Source: Prasinococcaceae sp. CCMP 1430 | Taxonomy: Eukaryota > Plantae > Prasinodermophyta | Assembly: GCA_013416795.1 (NCBI GenBank) | Contig: RQSC01000014.1 | Coordinates: 431,400 to 485,698 of the forward strand | Direction: 5' to 3' | Length of the DNA: 54,299 nucleotides | Shown: in pieces, positions 33,340 through 43,083 of the stretch | How the letters are laid out: every line of letters begins with the position of its first letter | Numbering within the stretch: position 1 is the first letter of the stretch | Notes under the pieces: model-generated | What the model saw: the letters and a program-made list of their open reading frames with translations, nothing else | Told to the model about the DNA's origin: nothing | Database searches by the model: none | Made by a program: the position numbers and the translations under genes

Positions 33340-34521
33340 TGGACTTCGTGCCCGCGGCCGCGTCGGGCATGACTCCGGGCCTCGCGACGGGCGGCGTGAC
33401 CGGATCCGAGGCCGCCAACGCGGCGGCGACCGCGCCGCCGCCCGACCTCGCCGCTGAGTTCGCGGCGCTCGACGCCGAACTCGAGGCGGCGAGCGACGCC
33501 GTGCGTGGCGCCAGGAATGCGCTCGAGGCGGAGGCCGCCGCCGCCGCGCAAGCCGCCGCGGAGGCGCCCTCCGCTGAGGAGGAGCCGGCCACGCAGGGAC
33601 CGGCCGCGGACGGACCGGCCGGCGCCGACGAGCCGTCCGCGGAGGAGCCACCCGCGTCCGATCCTGCCGAGCAGTGAGAGCGCGGCGGCGACGCGAGGGC
33701 GAGTTTTATTATGAGGAGGAGGTTAAAAAAAAAAATTGAGGAATGCATGCCTCGATCGCGGCCGCGCTCGCCAGGCGCGCTCACCCGCCGGCGCGCCGCT
33801 CGTCGCCGTCTCCCCTGGCGCGCTTGCCGCCGCTGTGCGAGTGGCCCCTGCTGCGCCGCTGCGCGCGCTCCCTGCGCTGCCGCCGATCGGGCGTGTGCGT
33901 GTCTCTGTCCATGCGCTGGCGCTCAAACTCCGCGAGCGGCACGCCCGCGCCGGGGCTCTCGGCGGGGGCGCCGATGGCCAGCTCGCCGCCCAGCGGCGAC
34001 GTGGGCCTCCAGAGGTCGAACGTGCCCCAGAGCGCCTCCGACGTCGCCGCGCTCGCGCGCAGCTCGCCGCCCTCGGGCATGAGCGCCACCACGCTGGTCG
34101 GCGGCGCCGTGGCGGGGCTCGCGGCGCCCGCCCTCGCGAGCGGGTGCGCCGCGCCCAGATACACCACGGTGGCAGCCTCCTCGTCGCCCCCGGCGCCGCC
34201 GCGCTCGTCGCTGTCGGCGCCGCCGACGGCGAGCGTGGCCTCCTCGAGCTCGCTGATCCACGCGATGTCGGGCGCGGCGAGTCGCACCTTGGACTGCCAC
34301 GCGAAGCGCGAGCGCTCCGTGTCGAGCCACTGGCGCGTGAGCGACGCGGGGGGGAAGAAGCGCGACTCGCCGTCCTCGGAGGCGGCGAGCAGGCTCTCCA
34401 TGGCCTCGCGGCAGTCACGGCGCTCCGCCAGGCAGGCGTCGGCGCTCTCGGGCGGAATGACCGACAGCAGCGCGACGGACACGCTCAGCGGGCCCTCCTG
34501 GAAGGCGCGGGCGTCGCGGCG
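33340..34521. repeat. 1182-bp direct duplication, copy 2
   Basis: Begins right after an N at 33339 and is continuous with the XRN gene. Confidence 0.93.
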
Positions 34522-36325
34522 CGACTTGGCGACCGCGCGCCGCGCGGCGTCGGCGCGCTGCGCGATCGCGCGCGTCGCCGCGTCCAGCCGGCGCTTGCCG
34601 CCGCGCGTGGGCGCCTCGGCGAGCGCCTCCCTGGCGGCTGCGTCGGCCTCCTCGGCGTGCTCCGCCAGGTGCTGCAGCCGCTCGGGCGTGTCGAGGAAGT
34701 CGCGGCTGGCCGCGACCGCCTGCGGCAGGTCGCGCATGAGCGGGGCGTCGTCGTAAGGGTAGCGCCAGCGCCACGGCGCGCCGGTGTCCGTGCCCGGGCC
34801 GCGGTAGTAGTACGCGAGCGTCCAGCTCAGCCCTCGGATGAACTCGTTGGCCACCGAGGCGCCCTCGCGCGCCTTGACGCCCACGCGCCCCTGGTACCAG
34901 CGGTCGTGGTCGCCCGCCTTGGCCAGCGCCAGCCGGTCGCGCGAGGGCGCAAAGACGGAGTCCACCACGTCGGTGATGCGCGCCTTGAGCTCGGAGCGCA
35001 GCTCCGACGGGTCGAGCGCGTCGACATCGGGCTCGGGAGCGCCGCCGCCGCCGCCGCTCCCCGCGCGCCGCGTCTTCTTCTCGCCCTCCTTGAGCGCCTC
35101 CCTCGCCTTGCGGCCGGCGCGCAGCTCGGCGAGCTTGCGGAAGCTCTCCAGCCGCTTCATCTCGCCGTCCGCCAGCGCCTGCAGCAGCATGGCGAGCCGC
35201 TCCGGCTCCTCGACCTCGCCGCGGTTGGTGAGGTAGCCGCCGAGCTGGGGCAGCAGCTGCGCGTACGTGTTCCAGAGCACGTCGAGCGCGCTGGGCTGGT
35301 CGTAGTACGACATGCACGGCGTGCTGGGGATGAAGTCGTTGCCCGCGATGAAGGTGAGCAGGATCATGTCGTCCAGCACGCGCTCGAACTCGAAGGCGGG
35401 CGCGGCCTCGCCGTCGAAGAGGAAGTCGTACTCGTGGTAGAGGCACGCGCGCAGGGCGCCCAGGTCGAACGACTCGAACGACATGCCCTCGATGCGCGCG
35501 ACGCCCTCTGGCTTGCTGATGCCCATCGCGCCCGCGGCCGCGGTCCTCGCGCGCACCGCCTCGCGCGTCTGCCGCTCCACGCGCGCGGCGTCCTTCTTGG
35601 TCACGTACTGCTCGCGCACGATGCGCAGCCGCGGGTCGTGCGTGGTGAGGCCCAGCAGGATGAGGTCAGCGTCGTTGCCCACGATGGCTATGGAGCCCGC
35701 GCCCGCCTCTCCCCCCCCCTTGCCCTCCTCCGCGGCGGCCGCCATGACGCCGCGCTGCGCGCGTATGAGCTGCATGATTTTGTGCTCGCCCTCGCCGGGC
35801 TCCTTCATGCCGCTGAAGACGATCTCGAGGTGGCCCCACTCGCCGGCGGCGCGCCGGGCGAGGTGCGCCCTCAGGTGTGCCTCGAGGCGCTCCATGAAGC
35901 CCGTGCCGGGCGTGATGACGTTGGAGTCGAAGGAGTGCAGCGGCGGGGCGATGGCGCCGGAATGCTCGCGCTCGAGGTCGTCGCGCGCGAGCACCTCGGC
36001 GTCGCGCTCAGTGGCGTGCCGCAGCGCCGCCGTGTACCGGCGCTCGCGCTGCTGCACCACCTTCGCGAGCGGGGGCACCCCGTCGATGGCGATCATCAGC
36101 CGCCGCCGCGGTCGCGTCGCCTCCACCAGCCGCGCGAGGTACGCCTCCATCTCCTCCATGGGCTCCGACTCGCTCGCGTGCGGCTCCTCGCGCCACGCGG
36201 GGTGCGTGCAGTGGTGCGCTACCGCGTTGAAGTCCACGTACAGCTCGTCGCACCCCCACGCGGAGGGGCTCTCCCCGCCGGCGGACGCGCCGCCCGCCGC
36301 GAACCCGGTGCGCGGCGCGCCGGCG
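33781..36325 (-). CDS. XRN: XRN-family 5'-3' exoribonuclease; N-terminus in gap
   Basis: DELYVDFNAVAHHCTHP, IAIDGVPPLAKVVQQRERR, FDSNVITPGTGFM, PGEGEHKIM, GNDADLILLGL, DDMILLTFIAGNDFIP, W.YPY..AP...DL, RFAWQ. Confidence 0.93.
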
Positions 36326-36574
36326 NNNNNNNNNNNNNNNNNNNNNNNNNNNNNNNNNNNNNNNNNNNNNNNNNNNNNNNNNNNNNNNNNNNNNNNNNNN
36401 NNNNNNNNNNNNNNNNNNNNNNNNNNNNNNNNNNNNNNNNNNNNNNNNNNNNNNNNNNNNNNNNNNNNNNNNNNNNNNNNNNNNNNNNNNNNNNNNNNNN
36501 NNNNNNNNNNNNNNNNNNNNNNNNNNNNNNNNNNNNNNNNNNNNNNNNNNNNNNNNNNNNNNNNNNNNNNNNNN
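36326..36574. other. Assembly gap (249 N)
   Basis: N run. Confidence 1.
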
Positions 36575-36599
36575 TGGGTGGGGGGTGGGGGGGGGGGGT

Positions 36600-38497
36600 A
36601 CGTGCGATGTCGGTCAACCTCGGACCGAAGCCGGGCTTCAGCCTGTTCAACCTGCACGTGCACGGGCACCTGCACCAGGAGGGCAAGGAGAAGGACGAGA
36701 AGGACGAGAAGGAGAAGAAGGACGAGGAGGAGGCGAAGGAGCAGGACGACGCAGACGCGGCCGACGGCGAGGACGAGGGCGAGGACGAGGGCGAGGGCGA
36801 CGAGGCGGAGGAGGAGGAGGAGGAGGAGGAGGAGGAGAATGCGCGCGCGCACGTGCCGCTCGCGCCGGCGTTCGCCGTGCTCGCAGGCGCGGTCACGGGC
36901 GTGCTGCTGTGGGCGCGGCGGCGGCGGCAGCGTCGGCGCGCGCAGGAGGAGCGCCAGCGTCGCAAGTTCGCCGTGCCGCGGCAGCGCACTGCGGGCGCCG
37001 TGGAGGTGCGCAACCGCGGCCGTAGCTGCGCGCGCGCACGCGCAAGCCCGATTGCGCGGACTCGCGTACGTGCTTTGTAAGCGCTTACAAATGCTCGCGC
37101 CCTCACGCGCTCACACGCCCGCGGCAGGTCGAGGCAGCCGCTGCTGCCTCCGAGGCAGCCTCCGAGGCAGCCTCTGCTGCCTCGGTTGGGGAAGATGCAC
37201 AGCATCAGCAGGTGCAGCCTGTCGCTGCCGGTGCAGCAAGCGCGCCACACGCCGGGCCGCCTACGGCACCCATTCCGCCCGCTGCGCCCGCAGTGCCCGC
37301 AGCGCCCGCCTCGGTGATCGCTCCGCCCGCGCCACCTGCTGCACCCATTCCGCCCGCTGCGCCCGCAGTGCCCGCAGCGCCCGCCTCGGTGATCGCTCCT
37401 TCGCTCCGCCCGCGCCACCTGCGGCACCCATTCCGCCCGCTGCGCCCGCAGTGCCCACAGCGCCCGCCTCGGTGATCGCTCCGCCCGCGCCACCTGCGGC
37501 ACCCATTCCGCCCGCTGCGCCCGCAGTGCCTGCAGCGCCTGCTGCGACGCCCGCCGCGCCTGAGGCTGGAGTTGATGCCCTCTGGTCGCGACCGGTGGCG
37601 ATGCCCGCGATGCCCGCTGCGCCCGCCGTGCCCGCCACCGCGCCTGTCGCGGGCGGAGAAAACGCAGACGTTGGCAGCCGAGACGGTGGGGACGGCGACT
37701 GCGGCGTAGGTGGCGGCGGCAGCAGCGTCGCCCAAGGCGGTGGAGGCGACGGCGACGGCAACGGCCACGACAGTAGCGGTCATGGCGGCAGCGGCAATGG
37801 CGGCGACAGCAGCGCGTACTCCTCCGAGCCGCTTCTCACGCCTTCGAGGGTGATGCGGCGAAATTACAGTGACACCGACGCGCACGGTGCCCAGGGTATA
37901 GGCGGGCCCCGCCGTCACCAGCGGCGAGCGAAGGAGGTGCGTGTGCGTGTATGCGTGCGGGCGTGCAAGCGTGCATGCGTTGGCGACGGCCACCGGTGCT
38001 GACGCGGGCGCGCTGCGCGCGAACGCGTGCCGCAGGGGCTCGGTCTGGTGAACGCGCTCGAGGCAGACGAGAGCGAGCAGGAACACGCCGCGACTGCGGT
38101 GGCTGTTGCCGTCGCGGACGTCGACGGTGGTTCCATTGAGGGCGCGCGGGCGCGCCAGGCCAAACGCACAGGCCCGGTCTTCGTTGGCGAGCAGGTATTC
38201 GAGTCGGAAGCTGCGCTCGAGAAGGAGGCTGTCGCCGCTCAGGCTGCGCGCGAGGCCGCCGAGGCCGCAGCCGGTGCTGCCGAAGCAAAGCGGCTGGCCG
38301 CAGAGAAGGAGCGCGCGCGCAAGGTCGACCGCCTTGAGGCAGCCGAGAGGGATGCCGCCGAGGCCGCCACCGCGGTCGAGAGGGCCAACCAAGACGCCAG
38401 CGAGGCCGCTGCCGCCGCCGTCGACGCCGCCGTGCGCGCGCGCCGCCTGCAGCGCGCGCGCAATCGCCAAGAGGACCCGCCTGAATACATCGGCTGA
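36600..38497 (+). CDS. Unknown single-pass membrane protein, 5'-truncated; exons <36600-37005, 37128-37936, 38036-38497; 8-nt frameshift at 37400-37407
   Basis: Acidic tract, TM PLAPAFAVLAGAVTGVLLWA followed by RRRR, Pro/Ala tandem repeats, then coiled coil. Both introns are GT-AG and phase 0; removing TTCGCTCC joins the frames. Confidence 0.65.
37266..37545 (+). repeat. ~69-bp coding minisatellite, about 3.5 copies (APIPPAAPAVPAAPASVIAPPAPPA)
   Basis: GCACCCATTCCGCCCGCTGCGCCCGCAGTGCC... recurs four times. Confidence 0.88.
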
Positions 38498-38863
38498 GAT
38501 GCGTGTCTTTGAGTTGCCGCACGGGGTACATGCCACTGCTGCTCCGCTTCCGCACGTCCGCTGTCGCACGCCACCAGGCGCAGCGCAGCGCCGCGCCAGC
38601 GCCAGAGCGCCTCACCAGACACGAGCGCCCGCGCGCTCCTCGCCCCCCTCTCCCTGCCCCCCTCCTCTCCCTCCCCCTGCCGCTCGACCCGGCGCAGGCG
38701 CTCGACACCGCTGTGCGCGTCCATAACCCACGGGAGACACAAAGGAACGGCAAAATCAAAGCACCCTTTTCGAATCCTGCGGCGCTTGGTGCATGCGTTT
38801 TGACCTCTGCGGGCGGCGGCTGCCGGCGGCGGCGCGGCGGCAGGGCAGGGAGGGGAGGGGTCG

Positions 38864-40546
38864 ATGGAGGCGCTGCGCGCCGCGTACGGCGGCGAGAGCT
38901 CGAGCGACGACGAGGGGGCGGCACCGGCGGCGGCGGCGGCGGCGGACGCGATGTGCTCGTCGGGCTCAGATTCGGACTCGGACTCGGACTCGGACTCGGC
39001 CTCAGACTCCGGCTCGGGCTCGGGCTCAGAGCGGGGCGGCGACGCCAGCAGCGAGACGAGCAGTCTTTTTTCTGACGAGGAAGAGCAGCGCGCGCGCGAC
39101 GCCGCGCGGGAGATGAAGACCGCGCGCCGCGCTGTGGCGGCCATGGATGCGGGTGACGACAGCGACGACGAGGGTCCGGGCGGCGCGGGCGGCATCGGCG
39201 TTGCGCCGCGCACAAAGAACGAGGCGGCCGCCCCTCCCGCGCTGCCGCCCGTTGCCTTTCAGCCCGTCGCCACCGACGCGGCAATTGGCGCCGCAGGCAC
39301 CGTTGTCGCAGGCGTGCCCGAGTGGCTAGGATACGCATGGTACGTCATACGCGCCGACGTGACCGCAGGCATCCTCGACGAGGGCTCGCAGCTCTGCACG
39401 GGCGACCGGGAGCCGCTGGGCGTCGTTGACGAGGTGTTCGGGCCCGTGAGCGCGCCCTTCTACACGCTGCGCATGCCTGTGCCAAAGGCGCGAGCCGCGC
39501 AGCGCGAGGACGCCCCCTCAGCATCGGCCGGCGAGCCCGAGCAATTGCAGCCCAAAGCAGACACGCCCGTGCCGGCGGAGCCGGCGGCGGCCACCGACGC
39601 CGCGGACGCCCCCCCTGCCAACCAGCCGGAGACAGCGAGCGTTGCGCCAGCCGACCAGAGCGAGGACGCGCTGCCGGGGATGCGCGGCGCCGAGGCCGCA
39701 GCTCAGGCTGAGGACAGGGCCGCCGCTGCTGTGGTCACCGAGGTCGGGGGCGACGCAGGCGCTGCTGCTGCCGAACCCGAGCTCCCGCCATCCACGCGTT
39801 TTCCCTGTGCCGGCGAAGAGGTGTACTTCGTGCGTGAGCAAGCGCTGTGGCTACTGCCCACGGAGCACTACCGCAACAAGGGCTATGACGCGAGCGGCGA
39901 GGCCGACGAGGAGCTGCCTGCGCACATGCAGGAGTACTCTGATGACGAGGCCGAGGCGGAGGCGAGGGCCGCGCGCAAGCAGAAGCGTCGCGAGCGCGCT
40001 GCCGGCGCGATGGACGCTGAAACTGCGCTCGCGGGCGGCAGCGGTGGTGGGCGTGGTCAGGGCAGGGGACGCGGCAGGGGGAACGGCGGGCGCGGTGGAA
40101 AATCAGGTGCAGAGGGGCGCGGCCGTGGCCGTGGGCGCGGTCGTGGGCGCGGCGCTGGGCGCGGCGTCGGGGGTGCGACGCCCGGCGCTATGATGCCCGG
40201 CGTGGGCATAATCCCGGCGATGACTGGAGGGGCGGTGCCCGCTATGGGCGGCATGGGCGGCCCGTACATGGGCGGCGCGTATGGCGCACCGATGGGCATG
40301 GGTATGCCTGGTATGCCCGGCATGCCAGCGGGGGGGCTGCCGCCCACGTCGATGATGCCGCCGCAGCTGGCGATGGCCTTCGCCAACCACCAGATGGGTG
40401 CAATGGGCATGGGTATGCCGCCACCCAGTGCATGGCATCCGCAGCACCCGCAGGTGCAGCCCGGCCAGCAGCCACCGCCGCGCGGGCCACCGCCGCACGG
40501 CCCGCCCCAAGGCTATCCGCCGCCGCGCATGCCACCGCCGAGATGA
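38864..40546 (+). CDS. NAF1: H/ACA RNP assembly factor NAF1
   Basis: Ser/Asp-rich N-terminus, Gar1/Naf1 core LDEGSQLCTGDREPLGVVDEVFGPVSAPFYTLR, NKGYDASGEADEE, RG-rich and Pro-rich tail. Confidence 0.88.
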   Translation: MEALRAAYGGESSSDDEGAAPAAAAAADAMCSSGSDSDSDSDSDSASDSGSGSGSERGGDASSETSSLFSDEEEQRARDAAREMKTARRAVAAMDAGDDSDDEGPGGAGGIGVAPRTKNEAAAPPALPPVAFQPVATDAAIGAAGTVVAGVPEWLGYAWYVIRADVTAGILDEGSQLCTGDREPLGVVDEVFGPVSAPFYTLRMPVPKARAAQREDAPSASAGEPEQLQPKADTPVPAEPAAATDAADAPPANQPETASVAPADQSEDALPGMRGAEAAAQAEDRAAAAVVTEVGGDAGAAAAEPELPPSTRFPCAGEEVYFVREQALWLLPTEHYRNKGYDASGEADEELPAHMQEYSDDEAEAEARAARKQKRRERAAGAMDAETALAGGSGGGRGQGRGRGRGNGGRGGKSGAEGRGRGRGRGRGRGAGRGVGGATPGAMMPGVGIIPAMTGGAVPAMGGMGGPYMGGAYGAPMGMGMPGMPGMPAGGLPPTSMMPPQLAMAFANHQMGAMGMGMPPPSAWHPQHPQVQPGQQPPPRGPPPHGPPQGYPPPRMPPPR

Positions 40547-40682
40547 CGCGCGAGGCGAGCCGTCGCACGGCACATTGCGAGCCTGTCTGCATGCGGAATG
40601 AAAGAATCAATTTTGTTACCCGCAGGCGTTGCGGCAAGCTCCAGGGCGGGCCAGCGCGTGGCCGCACGCGAGCTGGATGGCG

Positions 40683-42632
40683 CTAGAGCGCGAAGCTGCT
40701 CGCGATGAACAGCCAGATGCGCGAGCCGAGGAACATATTGGACCAGCGCAACGCCACCGATGCGCTCTGCGCTACCTTCTCCCTGAAGTTGCGGTAGAGA
40801 AGCATCTCCAGGCCATTGACCAGGTTGTAGCGCGTGTTCGACGAGAACGCCATGTGCACGAAGCCCGCGGCCGCCGCGCGCGCCATGTAGCCCAGGGTGA
40901 AGGTCTCCCAGCTGCAAATGCACGCGGCGACGATCGCGCGGCTTAGCACGCAATTCACGGCGCCGATGGCGCCGTACAGCTTGACCTTTCCAAAGAAGCA
41001 CGCGGCACGGTCGGCCAGCGTGTAGTCGCCCGGCTCGAACACGTGCGCGCACTTGCGCTCTGCCTTATCGGCGTTGTCCTTGGCCCCGCCAGGCGCCAGG
41101 AAGTACACCAGCATGAAGTCGTTGAGAGCTGCCTGTACCATGTGGCACAGAACCTGCACCCAGTCTGTCATCGCCCACGTGAGCATCGACCCTCGCACCG
41201 CGATGTTGGTGAGGATCGTCGTCACCTCGTCCAGGCAAATCTCCGTGCCCACCTTGAACAGAAATTTGGGGTCCTTCTCGAGCCTGCTGTCCACCCCCGC
41301 GCGGAGTCCTCGGATCAGCCCTTTGCGCGGCGCCTTGTCCTCCTTGGGTACGTCGGGTGCCGCAATGCGCGCCACCCCGGCGTTCTCCTCGACCAAGCCG
41401 GGCAACAGGCTGCTCAGCTCCCTCTGTCCCCGCGCGTGCGCGGCGAGCGAGCGCAAAATGAGCTCCCTCGCGTAGTAGAAGTCCGACCAGTCGAGCCCGC
41501 GCACGGTGTAGCTCCCGATGGCGGTGCCCTTGACGGTCAGGAGATTGCATCGCTGGATGTGCAGGTCCAGACCCGTCGTGAGCGTGTTCAACGAACGCAG
41601 GAAGACACCGGCGGTATCGGGACACTCAACCAGGACGTGCGCGACCCGGTCGCCCGCCTCGCCCGCGGGCACGAGTTGCGCGGTGAGCACGCGCGGCTCG
41701 CGGCCCGGAAGGCGGACCCCCGAGTCGAGGGTGACCTTCTTGACGCCGCGCACGGGCATCTCGTGGTGGTCGCCGTCGTCGGGCCGCCAGCCTTTGAACA
41801 GCTCGCCGATGGGCATGGCGATGGAGAAGGTCGCCAATGCCTCCTCGCCTGCGGGCCAGCCGGCCTGCTCCATCATTTGCCTGTCACCGCGGATCTGCTC
41901 GCACACCTTACTCGCGAGCTGCTCGAAGCTGCTGCGCGGGAGCTGGCCGTACTCGCCGGGGCGCCGCCCCATCTGCTGCACGAAGAACCGCAGGCGCGAG
42001 AGGCCCTGCCAGTTGGCGTCCTCGGTGTACGCGCGCGAGATGTTCAGCCTCGCCGCGCCGCTGCCCTCGTCGAAGACGTTGACGATGTCGACCAACATGC
42101 CCTTCCTGTCGATGCCCTCGGCAGTCACCAGCGTCCACGCCTCGCCGGGCTCGTTGTACAGCGAGCAGCGCGCGCCGCCGGTCGACTCGGTGTAGTACAC
42201 GCTCGGCGTGAACTGCACGCCCTGCGGGCTCGACACGAGGCCGGGAGCGCTGGCCGGATCTGTCGCCTGGACGTCCTGCGCGGCGGCCCTGCCCCCCCCT
42301 GTGGCAGCGAAGAGCTGAAAGGAGCCGCCCGAGCCGCCATCGTGCTCGGACTCGGCCTCCTTGGCCGCGCTCACCTCGTGCTCGACGACGACCGCCTCGA
42401 GCCTCTCGGCCGCCTGCGGCTGGTAGAGCACAATGCCATCGCCGTCGGCGCTCCTCTCAGCGGTCACGCCGTCGGCATCGACCTGCAGTCGGAGCGAGGC
42501 CGGAGGCTCGACGGTCGACAGCTCGGCGGCGACCTCGACATCCGTGGGCGCCTCGCCCGCACCGCCGGTCGCGGCCGTACGCGGCGCCGCGCGCCAGCTC
42601 TCATTCCCCCCCCCACCGGCGGGAGGGGGCAC
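40683..42632 (-). CDS. Two ACT-like domains fused to a RETICULATA-related (DUF3411) membrane domain; start codon unresolved
   Basis: DPKFLFKVGTEICLD, FEPGDYTLADR, KVKLYGAIG, FSSNTRYNLVNGLE, VALRWSNMFLG match recalled RER motifs. TLVTAEGIDRKGMLVDIVNVF and HVLVECPDTAGVFLRSLNTL...LHIQRCNL are ACT-like. The ORF-track start is GTG; ATG 42711 is out of frame across a C9 run. Confidence 0.82.
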   Translation of the reverse strand: MPPPAGGGGNESWRAAPRTAATGGAGEAPTDVEVAAELSTVEPPASLRLQVDADGVTAERSADGDGIVLYQPQAAERLEAVVVEHEVSAAKEAESEHDGGSGGSFQLFAATGGGRAAAQDVQATDPASAPGLVSSPQGVQFTPSVYYTESTGGARCSLYNEPGEAWTLVTAEGIDRKGMLVDIVNVFDEGSGAARLNISRAYTEDANWQGLSRLRFFVQQMGRRPGEYGQLPRSSFEQLASKVCEQIRGDRQMMEQAGWPAGEEALATFSIAMPIGELFKGWRPDDGDHHEMPVRGVKKVTLDSGVRLPGREPRVLTAQLVPAGEAGDRVAHVLVECPDTAGVFLRSLNTLTTGLDLHIQRCNLLTVKGTAIGSYTVRGLDWSDFYYARELILRSLAAHARGQRELSSLLPGLVEENAGVARIAAPDVPKEDKAPRKGLIRGLRAGVDSRLEKDPKFLFKVGTEICLDEVTTILTNIAVRGSMLTWAMTDWVQVLCHMVQAALNDFMLVYFLAPGGAKDNADKAERKCAHVFEPGDYTLADRAACFFGKVKLYGAIGAVNCVLSRAIVAACICSWETFTLGYMARAAAAGFVHMAFSSNTRYNLVNGLEMLLYRNFREKVAQSASVALRWSNMFLGSRIWLFIASSFAL

Positions 42633-43083
42633 GCCCCTGCCGCCGCCGCCGCCGCGCTCGCGCGCGCGCGCGGTCCGTTTGTTTTCCCGCCCGTATTAGG
42701 ATACGCTCCATTTCGTTACAAATGAAGGATTCCAAAATCGCCATAATACTTCACATAACATCCAAAACATCCGATGTGGATTCCGTTATACTTCGGTACA
42801 GCACCGAATCCATTCGGGGGTTTGGGGGGGCACCTCGCGCCGTGGTGCGAGCCGGGAGTACATGGTTCGTAATGAGGTGAAGTGAGGGCACGGGCGAGCT
42901 CAGTTTTGAGATGGCGACAAGGGCAGGGCTGCGGTTAGGGCTTGCGGTGACCCTTAGGGTTGTTGAGTTTAGGGTTCATGCTATCGGAGCTGCTCCGGCG
43001 ACGAGTCCGATCCGATCCGGGCGCGGCGACCGCTGGCCCGTGCCCGCGCTCCGCTGTTGGTCGCGCGGGCGTGCGCTCGCTTC

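Noticed and set aside
37266-37545. CRISPR-like repeat array
   Set aside because: Contiguous in-frame coding minisatellite without unique spacers; eukaryotic context, no cas genes.
42860-42910. AATGAG...GTGAGGGCA resembling the U4atac/U4 kink-turn, with an Sm-like AGTTTTGA
   Set aside because: Closing stems pair poorly and no U6/U6atac-pairing 5' segment is present.
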